In this document: in pieces, positions 48,475 to 61,300 of the stretch
Numbering within the stretch: position 1 is the stretch's first letter
Layout of the letters: the number at the start of each line of letters is the position of its first letter
Assembly (NCBI GenBank): GCA_965197745.1
Contig: CBDANS010000007.1
Location: forward strand, 192,001-256,000
Direction: 5' to 3'
Length of the DNA stretch: 64,000 nucleotides
Source: Opitutales bacterium
GTDB lineage: Bacteria > Verrucomicrobiota > Verrucomicrobiia > Opitutales > PNEW01
The notes under the pieces: model-generated
What the model was told of the DNA's origin: nothing
The model's input: only the letters and a program-made list of their open reading frames with translations
Databases searched by the model: none
Program-made: the position numbers and the translations under genes

Positions 48475-51400
48475 TTATATAGGGATATGCGTTTGTTTAT
48501 TATAGTCGCGAAAATCCACGCGGAAAAGAATAGCGTAGAGAACGGGAACAATCCCGAGGACGAGCAAAGTTGCGAACAATAATCCAAAAATAATCGCGGC
48601 TGCCATGGGTTGAAAAGTAGGGTTTCCTCTGAAGTATAGAGGGATAATACCGCCTATAGTCGTTATCGTAGTGAGGAGGATGGGGCGCACCCTGTTGAGT
48701 GACGCTTCGACGATGCTGTCCTGAGGCGAAAGTCCTCTCAAGTCGTTATTGATGCGGATACGGTCGATAAGAATGATCGCATTATTTACGACAATACCGA
48801 TGAGAGAGACTACGCCGACAAGAGTCATAAAGCCGAAAGGTTGTCGCGTAATTATTAAGCCGATTACGACACCGATGAGTCCCATCGGAACCGCGGACAT
48901 TATTATAAAAGTGCGCCGAAAAGATCGTGTCTGGCGTATGAGAAGAAGGACGATCAAAAAAGCGGTCCAGGGCAGCTTGTTGATAATAGACTTGTTGGCC
49001 CTTGCAGACTCCTCGCTCTCACCGCTAATGAGGATACTGTATTCATCTCCCCATGTATCTTTCTGCATTTTTATCCACTGCGTTAATTGTTTATCTATTT
49101 CTTTAGGATCGGCATTTTCTCGCAAGTCAGCTCGCACCGTAACCATTCGCTGATAATGTCGCCTGACGATTGAAATCGTCTCGCGGACTTCTTCTATTTC
49201 CGCTATGTCTCCAAGGGTAACGGTTGTCCCTGGTTTGATTCTTGAGTGAATATTCAGCGCTTTTATTTTTTCTATCTCGTTGTCACTGTCGACCATGGCG
49301 TGGACATTGATAGGGATAATCATGGTCCCATCGCGTATACTGTTAGCGGGGATGCCTGTGAGCAGGGATTGTAATGAAATCGCGACATCAAAGTGGGTGA
49401 TACGGGAGCGAAAAGCTTCCATTTCATTGATGACGACGCGGTATTTCTTTACCGGAGGCCCCCAATCATCATGTATATTGTAGATCCCTTGTAATGCGCC
49501 AAGTTTGTCTTTTACCTCATCGACAATATTGAACATCCCATCAATATCCTCTCCCAAGACACGAACTTTGATAGGATATCCAACGGTGGGGCCCGATTCC
49601 AGGGCACGGGCTCGAATTTGAGCCTCGGGTAATAAGGCAGTGCAATATTCCTCTATCTTATTGATCATCTCCGGGATCAGTTTAATCGACGTCAGGTTGA
49701 AGAGAAAGTAAGCATATTCGGGTTTACGTTCTACGGTTCGATGGTTAAGAATGAACCGTGGTGCATTTCTACCAATAAAAGTCGCCCAATTGGTAATACC
49801 TTGCCCGTCGTTTAAATCGGCGAGGAGATCTGATTCTACATAGGCGTCTATTGAACTTACAGCTTTATGTGTATATTCTATGTCTGTGCCCGCGGGAAAT
49901 TCAACTTCCAGGGTGATTATCGGTCTGTCCGAAGGAGGAAAAAATATTTTTGGGATATAGCGGAAACAATATAATGAACCCAAAAATAAAAGAAGGGTGA
50001 GGGTCACAACGAGAAAGGGACGGGGCAACATACAAAGGAGAATATGGTGATACCAACGGTAACCCGGTTTTTCCAATAATGTTTTCACTTTGTGCGGTTT
50101 AACTTTAAAAAGTGAAACTGAGAGTAAAGGGGTTAAAGTGAATGCGAATAAAGTTGAACAAAGAAGGGTTATCGCAACGACCGTAAAAAGAGATGAGACA
50201 TATTCCCCCGCGTTTGATTCTGCCAGATAGATGGGAAGAAATCCGGACAATGTGCTTAAGGCCGCCGTAATGAGAGGACTATGTAACTCTTGAGGCGATT
50301 TTTCAGCTGCAACCATGGGTGCTTCACCGCGTTCACGCAGGGTTATAATGCGCTCGGAGATGACAATATGCGTATCGACGATGATTCCGAAAACGAGAAT
50401 GAAAGCAGCAAGAGCGACAAGGTTTAAATTCATATTACAACCCAGCATTACGACGAGCGAGGAGAGAAAAGCCAACGGCATCATACTGGCAACAATCGAG
50501 CCGGTGCGCACACCGAGGGCAATCATAAGAATTAACATTACGATAACGAGACTTTGTGCGAGATTACCGAAAAAAGAGTTAATACGATTAGCCACACGCT
50601 CTGGTTCGAAGGCGATAAAGTCTAACTCCACACCATCCGGGACCTTGGCCGAAAAAGTTTTTATCAAGGCTTTAACTTCCTGCCCCATCTTTTCTATATT
50701 TCCGCCACTCTTCATGGAAACTGCGAGGCCCATGCAGCGTACCCCTGAAGATTTCATTATACTGTTCGGTGGTTGGTTCAGTTTACGGGTAACCTCAACC
50801 AGATCGCCAAGATAATAGGATTCTTCTTCATCGGGGAGGATAACTTCAAGATTCTGAATATCCTCTACAGATGTCAGCTCACTACTCAACTCCACGGGGT
50901 GCCTCAAATCCCCTTCCAGAATGCTTCCTCCTGGAGCTATCACATTCTGGGCTTCAAGATACATTTTCAATTGGTATGGGGATACTCCTGCCTCAGCCAT
51001 GTCGGTATCGTAAAAATCGACATATATTTTCTCTTCCTGGTCACCCAGGGAGATTACTTGAGATACATTACCGAGACGAAGTAATTTATCGTGGACCTCT
51101 TCGGTGAGTTTTTTTAATTTTGCATAGGTGATATCTTTTCCTGAAACGGTAACAATTGTGCCGTAAACCTCACCATACTCGTCGTTCAAAACAGGTTCCT
51201 GTACCCCTTCAGGCAAATCACTTTTTACCCGATCAATTTTGCGTTGTAACCGTGACCAGATAGGACGCATTTTCTGGTGGCGATCCGCTATTTTGACTAA
51301 AATTATCGAAGCATTTTTTCTTGAGATACTGTGCGCAAACTCCACTTCCGGCACTTCCCTTACCGCTTCTTCGATTTTCCGTGAAACCAAGCTCTCGACT

Positions 51401-51573
51401 CTTTGAGCTGATGCACCGGGATATATAGTGACAATTAAGGTGTATCGAAAGACGATTGGTGGGTCTTCAGTACGCGGCAACTGCATAAAAGCAATAATTC
51501 CCCCTATAAATAAAAAAAATGAGGTCAAAAGAGTGAATCTTGCCTCTTTCAGCGCAATAACCGTAAGTTTCAT
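48475..51573 (-). CDS. RND efflux permease (AcrB/AcrD/AcrF family)
   Basis: LPRTEDP, YPGASA..VE, GIIVD..IVISE, FFPPSDR, GIVVNNAIILID, RVRPILLT, MAAAIIFGL. ATG 51573 chosen as start. Confidence 0.93.
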   Translation of the reverse strand: MKLTVIALKEARFTLLTSFFLFIGGIIAFMQLPRTEDPPIVFRYTLIVTIYPGASAQRVESLVSRKIEEAVREVPEVEFAHSISRKNASIILVKIADRHQKMRPIWSRLQRKIDRVKSDLPEGVQEPVLNDEYGEVYGTIVTVSGKDITYAKLKKLTEEVHDKLLRLGNVSQVISLGDQEEKIYVDFYDTDMAEAGVSPYQLKMYLEAQNVIAPGGSILEGDLRHPVELSSELTSVEDIQNLEVILPDEEESYYLGDLVEVTRKLNQPPNSIMKSSGVRCMGLAVSMKSGGNIEKMGQEVKALIKTFSAKVPDGVELDFIAFEPERVANRINSFFGNLAQSLVIVMLILMIALGVRTGSIVASMMPLAFLSSLVVMLGCNMNLNLVALAAFILVFGIIVDTHIVISERIITLRERGEAPMVAAEKSPQELHSPLITAALSTLSGFLPIYLAESNAGEYVSSLFTVVAITLLCSTLFAFTLTPLLSVSLFKVKPHKVKTLLEKPGYRWYHHILLCMLPRPFLVVTLTLLLFLGSLYCFRYIPKIFFPPSDRPIITLEVEFPAGTDIEYTHKAVSSIDAYVESDLLADLNDGQGITNWATFIGRNAPRFILNHRTVERKPEYAYFLFNLTSIKLIPEMINKIEEYCTALLPEAQIRARALESGPTVGYPIKVRVLGEDIDGMFNIVDEVKDKLGALQGIYNIHDDWGPPVKKYRVVINEMEAFRSRITHFDVAISLQSLLTGIPANSIRDGTMIIPINVHAMVDSDNEIEKIKALNIHSRIKPGTTVTLGDIAEIEEVRETISIVRRHYQRMVTVRADLRENADPKEIDKQLTQWIKMQKDTWGDEYSILISGESEESARANKSIINKLPWTAFLIVLLLIRQTRSFRRTFIIMSAVPMGLIGVVIGLIITRQPFGFMTLVGVVSLIGIVVNNAIILIDRIRINNDLRGLSPQDSIVEASLNRVRPILLTTITTIGGIIPLYFRGNPTFQPMAAAIIFGLLFATLLVLGIVPVLYAILFRVDFRDYNKQTHIPI

Positions 51574-51915
51574 ATAATTGAATCCTGATGGAGAATAACC
51601 ATAATTGATTTTATTTCTTTTGGTAGATTTCCGATCCTCGGTCAATCCAACTTATACACCTTATTATTGCTTTGTTTGTCAGAAAGGCATCATTCTAACG
51701 GATTTTCTATCTTCTCCCTTTGCTTATTGACTGATAGCCTTATTTTTTCCAAAAATGGGCTTTAATTGTGTTTGGCAGTTATCTTAAATGATAAATGGTC
51801 ATAATATTCTTTAAAAATTAATAATGATTCTTATTGAATAATTATAAATTAGCTACATTAACGATGATCATCAGTAGAAATGTTTACCGGATATGTATAT
51901 CGATTTTGTTAACGG

Positions 51916-52170
51916 ACAGAACCGATGGCGATTGTTGGTATCTAATTAACCTGCCAGAAATGGCATGAAATACCAGAGTGATTCTGCAGGTTCTTTTCGA
52001 GAGCTATAATAGTTTTCAGTATCCAATAAACGTCGAACTAAATTTTGAAAGATAAGTGAACAAACCCGGCCCGATGATCGTAATTGATCACCTGCACAAT
52101 CTTATTCCAAGAGACCTTCACTTGGATAGCTTTTTTATGATTAATAAAGCTGACACGAGAAGCATTTTGA
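51916..52170 (+). pseudogene. Possible heavily decayed ketosynthase N-terminal relic
   Basis: One frame reads TEPMAIVGI*...IPE*FC...NP...LTREAF with multiple stops. Spacing from PMA to REA is 234 nt versus 237 nt in the intact KS downstream. Confidence 0.4.
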
Positions 52171-52334
52171 GAACATCAATTCACAGTTTCTAATCTGAAT
52201 TTTTTATCATTTACCTAGACAAGAGAAGGGTCCAAAGCATTAAGATTAATTGAGAATTATAGTATGAAAATTGTGTATCGAATGCATGCTCTAGAGAAGA
52301 GCAGGCCTAGCTCTTTATTGTGGGAGGCAACCGA

Positions 52335-55300
52335 ATGATTAATCAAGGGAAGCGCCCCATAGCGATCATAGGAATAGGTTGCCGGTTTCCTGGTGGTGCA
52401 AAGAACTCAGCCTCTTTCTGGACCTCATTGCGCAATGGCCAGAATGCTATAGTCGAAGTTCCTGAGGATCGCTGGAATCTACAGCGATTTTATGATCCCA
52501 ATCCTCAATTGCCGGGTAAAATGACAACCCGTTGGGGGGGGTTCCTCGATACCATTGATCAGTTTGATGCTCAATTCTTTGGAATTTCGCCCCGCGAAGC
52601 ATTGAGGATGGATCCTCAGCAGAGATGGCTGCTGGAAGTGGCATGGGAGGCACTCGAAGATGGAGGATTAGCTCCCGATCAAGTAGCAGGGTCACGCACC
52701 GGTGTTTTTGTCGGCATTTCAAGCAATGATTATGCGAATATCCAAATGAAAGGGCCCCAGGATGTTGATATGTATACCAACAGTGGGAGCACCCTGAGCA
52801 TAGCTTCTGGCAGAATTTCTTATTTGTTTGATTTAAAGGGTCCAAGCCTGTCGGTTGATACCGCATGTTCATCGGCTCTTGTTGCCGTAAATCTTGCCTG
52901 CAATAGTATCTGGGATGGGCAGTGTGACACAGCTCTGGCAGGTGGAGTAAATGCACTGCTAACCCCTGATTCTTCTATAGGATTCAGCAAAGCGTCCATG
53001 CTGTCACCTGACGGCCGGTGTTACACCTTCGATGAACGGGCAAATGGTTATGTGCGTGGTGAAGGAGCGGGGTTAATCGTGCTCAAGCCGTTGGACGATG
53101 CACTGGAAGATGAAGATCCCATTTATGCCGTAATTCGCTCTAGCATTGTGAATCAAGATGGTCGCACGAGTTCAATGACGGTGCCGGGGCAATTTTCTCA
53201 GGAAGCTATGTTGAACGAAGCTTATGAACAAGCGGGAATCTCGCCGTCGAGAGTTTGTTACATAGAAGCGCATGGCACGGGAACACCGGTAGGGGACCCG
53301 ATTGAAGTTCTTGCCTTAGGGAATATTTTGTCCAAGGGAAGAAAAGCTGAAGATAAATGTGTAATTGGGTCGGTTAAAACGAATATTGGTCATTTAGAAT
53401 CTGCATCAGGTATAGCGGGTCTTATAAAAGCGGCACTGGTTCTAAAATATAAAGAGATTCCTCCTAATTTACATTTTGAAACCCCCAATCCCCATATTCC
53501 CTTTGAAAAACTTAAACTACGGGTTCCAACAAAGTTAGAGTCAATCCCGAAAGGATCAGACCCGGCGGTGGTCGCCGTTAACTCTTTTGGTTTTGGAGGC
53601 ACTAATGCCCATGTGGTATTAGAAGAAGCGCCGGTCATCGCTAAAAGACGGAAAAAAATAAATAAAGATGATGCCCCCAGGCCCTACCTTGTCCCTCTAT
53701 CGGGAAAAGGACAGCAGTCATTAAAAAAGAGTGCTGAGAATCTGGTTGATTTACTATCCGGACAATCGAATGGCACTGAAATATTCCTGCCTGATCTTGC
53801 CCACACGGCAAGCTTGCGCAAGGGGCACCATGACCATCGATTAGCACTCGTTGCGTGTTCGGAAAATGAAGTTATAGTAAAGCTTAATGGGTATCTTTCC
53901 GAGAATAAGGTGAAAGGCCTTGTTGAAGGAAGAGCAAAAACTGAAAATCAAAAAGAAATTGTTTTTATATTCACCGGTCAGGGTCCGCAATGGTGGGCGA
54001 TGGGGCGTGAACTTTTGGAAAAAGATCCGTTATTTCGTAAAAAGATAGAAAAGTGTGACAAACTGTTGAGCGAATACACCTCCTGGTCACTCGTTGAAGA
54101 ATTATCCCGAGATGAAGCCAGTTCCAGGATAGACGATACATCCGTTGCACAACCGGCGATTTTCGCTTTACAAATAGCCTTAGCTGATTGGTGGAAGGCG
54201 AGGGGCGTGTCCCCCACCTGTGTTATCGGGCATAGTGTAGGCGAGGTTGCTGCCGCTTACTGTTCCGGAATCTATACCCTCAACGATGCCATCAAGATAA
54301 TATATCACCGCAGTCACTTACAAGCAACAACGCGCGGCTCGGGACGTATGGTAGTGGTGGCCATTTCACCGGATAAAGCTAAGGCCTTAATTCAGGGGTT
54401 TGAAGATCAAGTGACGATTTCCGCGATCAACAGTCCGGGCCTTGTGACTTTAGCCGGAGATACAAAAGTTTTGGAATCAATAATCGAACCGCTTGAAAAA
54501 GATCAGGTATTTATCCGCTGGCTGGATGTCGATTATGCCTTCCATACAAATAAGATGGACCCTATTAAGGACGATTTACTTCAAGTCCTTTCAGAGATCA
54601 GACCACGCGCTTCAAAAATTCCCTATTACTCAACCGTCAGCGGAGAGGTTATGGACGGAAAGAAGTTAGACGCCAGCTATTGGTGGCGTAATATACGTGA
54701 AACCGTACTTTTTGGTCCGGCGATAGACGTTATTATTAGTAAGGATCACGACCTTTACCTGGAATTGGGCCCGCATCCTTCGCATTCCAGTTCTGTCTTA
54801 GAATGTCTGGCCCACAAAGGGAAGAATGGATCGGTTTTGCCCTCGTTGCGACGAAAAGAGTCGGATCAGCAGACTTTGCTTGAAACTCTAGCCACTTTAT
54901 ATACCCGGGGATATCCCATCCAATGGGATGCGCTCTATGGAAAGGAAGGACAATTTGTTCAATTGCCATCCTACCCCTGGAAGTCTGAACGACTATGGTT
55001 AGAATCACCCGTCTCTGAAGAGTACCGTTTTGGATCCATTGTGCATCCCCTCCTCGGGGAAAAAGTAAATGCTCCGAGCCCAACATGGGAATGCGAGCTT
55101 GATCCCCGCGCCTTACCCTACCTCGCCGATCACAGACTTCACGATTCCATGGTATTTCCAGGCGCCGCCTATGTTGAGATCGCGCTCGCGGCCCTTAATG
55201 AGCTATATCCCAATGAACCTTTTGTCATTGAAGATATCAAAATTCTTAAAGGGTTGTTCATGTCAGAAGACGGTGTCATTACCATTCAAATGGTCTGTGA

Positions 55301-58300
55301 TAAAACTGATGATTCCTTTAATATATTCAGTTCTACGGATACGACTGCTGGGGAATGGGAAATTCACGCCCAGGGACGCTATCAGAAATTAGCACCGCGT
55401 GATCCTGGCAATTTGGCTGTCGATCAAATTAAAGACGCGATGGAGGAGGAGATCGATCACGCCAAAATTTATTCAGATTTTGATGATGTTGGATATCAGT
55501 TCGGTCCCTGCTTCAGAGAAGTACAAAAAATCTGGAGAAAAGATGGGGAATCGTTGGCTGAGATTCAGGTAACAGACGCGGTTTTAGAAGATATGGAGTC
55601 AAACTTCTTTCAACCTGCAGTTTTGGATGCCTGCTTTCAAAGTGGCAAGGAATCCAGAGTTAAGGATGAAAACAGAAAGGCACGCGACAATTTTTATATG
55701 CCTATCGCTCTGAAAAGAGTGAGGTTCTTTAAAAGTCCGACTCCCCGTCTTTGGTGTTATACGCAATTAGTGAGCGACGAAGGAGACCGCGTTGAATATG
55801 ATCTTAAAGTCGCCAATGACGATGAATCTATCATCGCCGAGATCAAAGGCTTTTGCGTTCAGCGGGTAGATCAGTCTGAGACAAAAGCAGAAGAGGATCT
55901 CGAAAATTGCTATTATCAATTTCACTGGCATCCCTCATCGCTTCCCGGAGCGCGGCGTGACCCAATTGAACTCATAAGTCCCGAACGGCTTATAGAAGTA
56001 TTGGATCCTGAAATTATCCCTACCTACGATAAATATAATCTTGATGGTTACGTTAGTGATTTTATGCCTCAAATGGAAACTTTGAGCTTTAATTTCATTC
56101 TCACGGCTCTCCGAAAAATGGGATGGAAGCCGGCAATAGGTGATCGGGTATCGATTGACAGTTTAATCGAAGAATTGGGCATCATGGAGCAACATCACCG
56201 CTTATTGCAGCATTCCATATTTGAGACATTGAAAAAAGAAGCGGTGATTCAAGCGACCGAGGATGGAGAATGGGAAGTAGCCCGTACCCCTGATTCATTA
56301 AATTTAGAAGATCTATGCAGTGCCCTAAGAAATAACTTTCCTCACTTATGGGCGGAAATGGATTTGCTCATAGATTGTGGGTATGTTCTGGCAGAAGTGC
56401 TTACGGGTGAAAAAGATCCGCTCGATGTCATTTTTCCTGCCGGTGATCAGAAAAAAATTGAAAGTTTTTATAAGGATTCTTCTGACTTTCAGGCCTACAA
56501 CAGCTTGCTCCAAAAGGCCATCGACAAGCTTGCCAGTGAGCTGCCAGAAAAGGGCAAGCTGCGTATTCTGGAAATTGGAAGTGGCACCGGTTCTTTGACG
56601 GAAAGCTTGCTTGAAGTCTTATCCCCCGATCGTACCGAATATTACTTTACCGACATATCTCCCTTATTCATCGCATCGGCGAAAGAAAATTTTAAAAATT
56701 ATGATTTTATAGAATATAGTATTCTCGATATTGAGAAACCACCGGGAGAGCAGAAATTTGATCTCCAATCATACGATTTGGTTTTAGCTACGAATGTCCT
56801 GCACGCCACTAAAGATTTAAAGCAAACACTCCGTCATATTAATCAGCTGATGACGGAAGAAGGCCTTTTGCTATTTCTCGAAGTTACGACTAAAAGGTTA
56901 TTTTTGGATCTGGTTTTTGGTCTGCTTCCCGGCTGGTGGAGATATTCAGACGATGAATTGCGGACGACACATGCTTTGATTACTCGCCAGGAGTGGGAGG
57001 GGCTTCTTAATGAAAGTGGTTTTCGAAACGTAAATTCCTTTGTCAATACAATGGAGGAAAGCCACGCCAATCAATCCGTGTTCTTAGCCAACGCCTCCGA
57101 GCTTTTAACGGAGATGGATCGCAAAGAAGCCATCGATGAATCCTCAGATAAGAATAAAACCTGGTTGATTTTCGCTGATCAAAGCGGTTTTGCCGAGTCT
57201 CTAGTGAATCAAATGGAAGAGAGGGATAGCACATGTATCATGGTTACCCCGGGTGAATCCTTTGTCGAGGTGGGAGAACGCTGCTACCAGATTCATCCCG
57301 AACAATTGCAAGACATGGAGGATCTATTCACTCATCTCGAGCTTGATCCGAATGCCCTGCAAGGAATTATTCACATGTGGAGCCTTGACCATCCCACCGC
57401 TGATATAACAACACCTGAATCTCTCGAACTTGCTCAACAAACAGGATGCCTCAATGTTTTAAATCTCATTCAAACGCTTGTGAAATCAGAGCCCGATCCC
57501 GCACCACGGGTTTGGATGATCACGCACGGCATGCAGTTGGTTTCCGATACGGATAGAAACGAACGCATTGCTTCAGCTCCTTTAATCGGGCTCGCCCGGG
57601 TCGCCAATAATGAGCATTGGGATTATCACTGGACAGCTATTGATCTGGAATCTTCGAGCACTCCATTGGAATTAGAATTTTTAGTTAATGAGATCTGTTC
57701 TGCGGACGATGAATTGGAAATTGCTTACCGTGGAGGGGAGCGGTTTGTTAATCGAATAGAGAAAACGGTTAAGGATGAAATACCAGCAAGAACAAAAGAT
57801 GCGGTAAGACGTGATGGGGTAATTCCTTACCGACTCGAGATACCGACTCCCGGAATTCTTAATAATTTACGATTAAATGAGACAGAGCGCAGCGCGCCAG
57901 GACCTCAGGAAATAGAAATAAAAGTTGCTGCGGTCGGCCTGAACTTCCGTGACGTGATGAAAGTTTTAGGCATGTACCCGGGTAACAGCAGAGATTTGAA
58001 GTGGCTTGGGGACGAATGTTCGGGAACCGTTGTTTCTGTTGGTGAAGAAGTGAAAAATTTCCAGGTGGGTGATGAAGTTATAGGCATGATGGTTCCCTAT
58101 TGTTGTCGATCTTACGCCATCGTGAATGAGGCACTTGTTTTTCACAAACCTTCCAAGCAGTCATTCGAAGAGGCCGCGACCCTGCCGATTGTTTTCCTCA
58201 CCGCGCATTATACTTTGAACCATTTAGCCCACCTTCGTAAAGGTGAGAAAATATTAATACACGCGGGTGCAGGCGGTGTCGGCCAGGCTGCTATTCAAAT

Positions 58301-61300
58301 GGCTAAGCACATCGGGGCCGAGATTTTTGCAACCGCAGGTTCACCTGAAAAACGTGAGTTTCTTAAAAGCCAGGGAATAGCCCATGTCATGGACGACAGG
58401 ACATTGGATTTTGCTGATGAAGTCATGGAAATTACTGAAGGGAAAGGTGTCGATGTCGTATTGAACCAATTGGCTGGTGACTTTATCACGAAGAGTTTAT
58501 CGGTGCTCGCTCCCTTTGGAAGGTTTCTGGAAATCGGGAAAGTAGATATCTATCAAAACACAAAAATTGGGCTCGAACCATTTAAGAAGAACCTGACCTA
58601 TTTTGCCGTTGATCTTTCGAAACATATAGAAGAACGACCCGAGATAATTACCATGATGCTTCAAGAGTTATCGGTAATGTTTGAAAGAGAAGAGCTGAAG
58701 CCATTACCGTTTAAAGCATTTCCTATCACACAAGCAGTCGAGGCTTTCCGTTATTTTGCTCAATCGAAACACATCGGTAAAAATGTACTCTCACTGCAAG
58801 AGGATTCTATCCTTGTTGGCTTGCCTTCCGAGCAAAAAACACTGTTCCGTGCTGATGGAACATACCTTATCACCGGTGGATTAGGGGGATTCGGTCTGGA
58901 AGTTGCCAAGTGGATGGTAAAATCAGGGGCGAAAAATTTAGTCCTCATGGGACGTTCGGGTGCATCGACCGATGATGCCATGGAAGCTTTACAGACGATG
59001 CGAAATAACGGCGCCCAGGTGGTAGTGGCCAAAGCCGATGTAGTCATCCATGACGATGTAGAACGCGTCTTAAACAAGATCGATGAGGAAATGCCTCCTT
59101 TAAAGGGGGTCATTCATGCTGCTATGGTTTTGGATGATGGATTCCTTGTTCAGATAGACACTGAGAAATTCAAAAAGGTACTGCGTCCAAAAATGATAGG
59201 CGCCTGGCATTTACATCAGCTGACTCAGCAGATGCATATAGATTTCTTCGTGCTCTTTTCTTCTGCTTCGTCAATGCTTGGACCGAACGGACAGGGAAAC
59301 TATGCTTCGGCCAATTTCTTCCTGGATGCGCTCGCCCATTATCGCAATGCCATGGGTCTTCATGCCCTCACGGTCAACTGGGGTGCATTATCCGAAGCCG
59401 GATACGTGGCCCGGAATGAAAACGTTGCCAAGTATCTGGATATTCTGGGCCTGGAAAGTTTCACTCCGCAGGAAGCACTCAGCATTTTTGCTCAAATCCT
59501 GCCGAAAAATCCAGTTCAACTGGGAGCTTCCCATGTGAACTGGAAAACGATTTCAAAGATAAATCCACAGATGGGTAGTTCGAAGTTGTTCTCCCTGGTT
59601 ATAAGCCAGGATGCACTTTCAGAAAAGACCGGAGCCCACGCCCATTCATTCAGGCCTCAACTTCTTGGCGCTGCGCCTGAAGACCGGCATAAAATGGTAG
59701 AGAATTATATAAGTGAACAGGTAGCTCAAGTCTTTGGCACCTCAGCCGATAAAATTGATCGCGATACACCCCTGACCACGATTGGCCTCGATTCATTGAT
59801 GGCCATAGAGTTGATGAACCGCCTGGAATCTAATTTAGGAATTAATTTGCCCATGGGTAAATTCCTGCAAGGGCCGAATATTTCTCAACTTGCCATTCCC
59901 GTTCTCGAATTACTGGTTAAGTCTGATTCCGGTTCGGATACAGCGAGTTCGCCTCGAAATGTAACGGCGGGAGAAGAATTGATGGAGTTTCCCTTATCCC
60001 AGGGACAACGAGCGCTCTGGTTTTTACACCGCCTCGCGCCAAGCAGCGCTGCCTACAACCTGGTCTTCAGTTCGCGCATTACTCCTTATGTCGACATTGA
60101 CATTATGAAAAAGGCTTTTGCCCGTATCTTTCATTCCCATCCGATGCTCGACATTGTTATCTCCACGGTCGATGGAGAACCCATGCAGACATTGCAAAAA
60201 GGACGCAGTGTCGATTTTCGAGAACACGATGCAACCCAACTTAGCGATGATGAACTTAAGGCATTGCTCGTAGAGCACGCGCATAAACCCTTCAATCTTC
60301 AAACCGGCCCGGTTATCCGTTTGGAGCTGTTCCGTACTGCGACGGGGTCCCATGTGACGCAACTGGCTATGCACCACATTGTTTCCGATGCATGGTCTAT
60401 CGTGATTGTTCTCAACGAGCTCATGGAAACTTACTTGGCCATCAAGGCCGGTCGTGAGCCTGACGTTCAACCCCCTGAATTCAGGTATTCAGACTATGTA
60501 AACTGGCAGAAAAACCTCTTGCAAAGTCCTGAAGCTGATCGTTTGGGCAGTTATTGGTATGAATATCTCGCAGACTCATCGATGGTCCTTGATTTACCCA
60601 CGGACCACCCGCGTCCACCAGTCCAGTCTTTTAACGGCGCGACCTTTGGTTTCAAACTTGAAGAGGACCTTACGCAGAAGGTTTTGAAACTGGCTGAGGA
60701 GAAAAGAGTCACCCTTTATACTACCCTTCTGTCCGTATTTAATATTTTAATGCATCGTTATTGTAATCAAGAGGACATTATCATCGGGAGTCCTTTATCC
60801 GGACGTATAAATAAAGAATTTCATCATATTACCGGTTATTTTATCAATCCCGTTGCGTTGCGTAGCAGAATGGGTGATGACCCCGCTTATTTTGATTACC
60901 TGGATCGTGTCTATCAATCGGTAATTGGCGCTTTAGAAAATCAGGATTATCCATTTCCACTTCTTGTCGATCGACTTAAAGTAAAGCGTGATCCCAGTCG
61001 ATCGCCTATATTCCAGGCCAGCTTTTCTATGGAGAGAACACCTGGAGTTGATGATCAGGGCATAGCTGTATTTCTTATTGGTCAGGGCGGGCATAAATTT
61101 AATGCCGAAGACATGGTGATCGAGTCGATAGATCTTACTTTGCGCATGGCACAATTTGAGATTACACTCGTGGTGGAAGAAGCAGGGGGCAATATTTACG
61201 GCTGCTGGCAATATAACAGCGATCTGTTCGAGCCTGAAACGATTAGTCGTCTTAGCGGTTTTTATAAACAGTTGCTTAACGAAATCGTATCTCATCCTGA

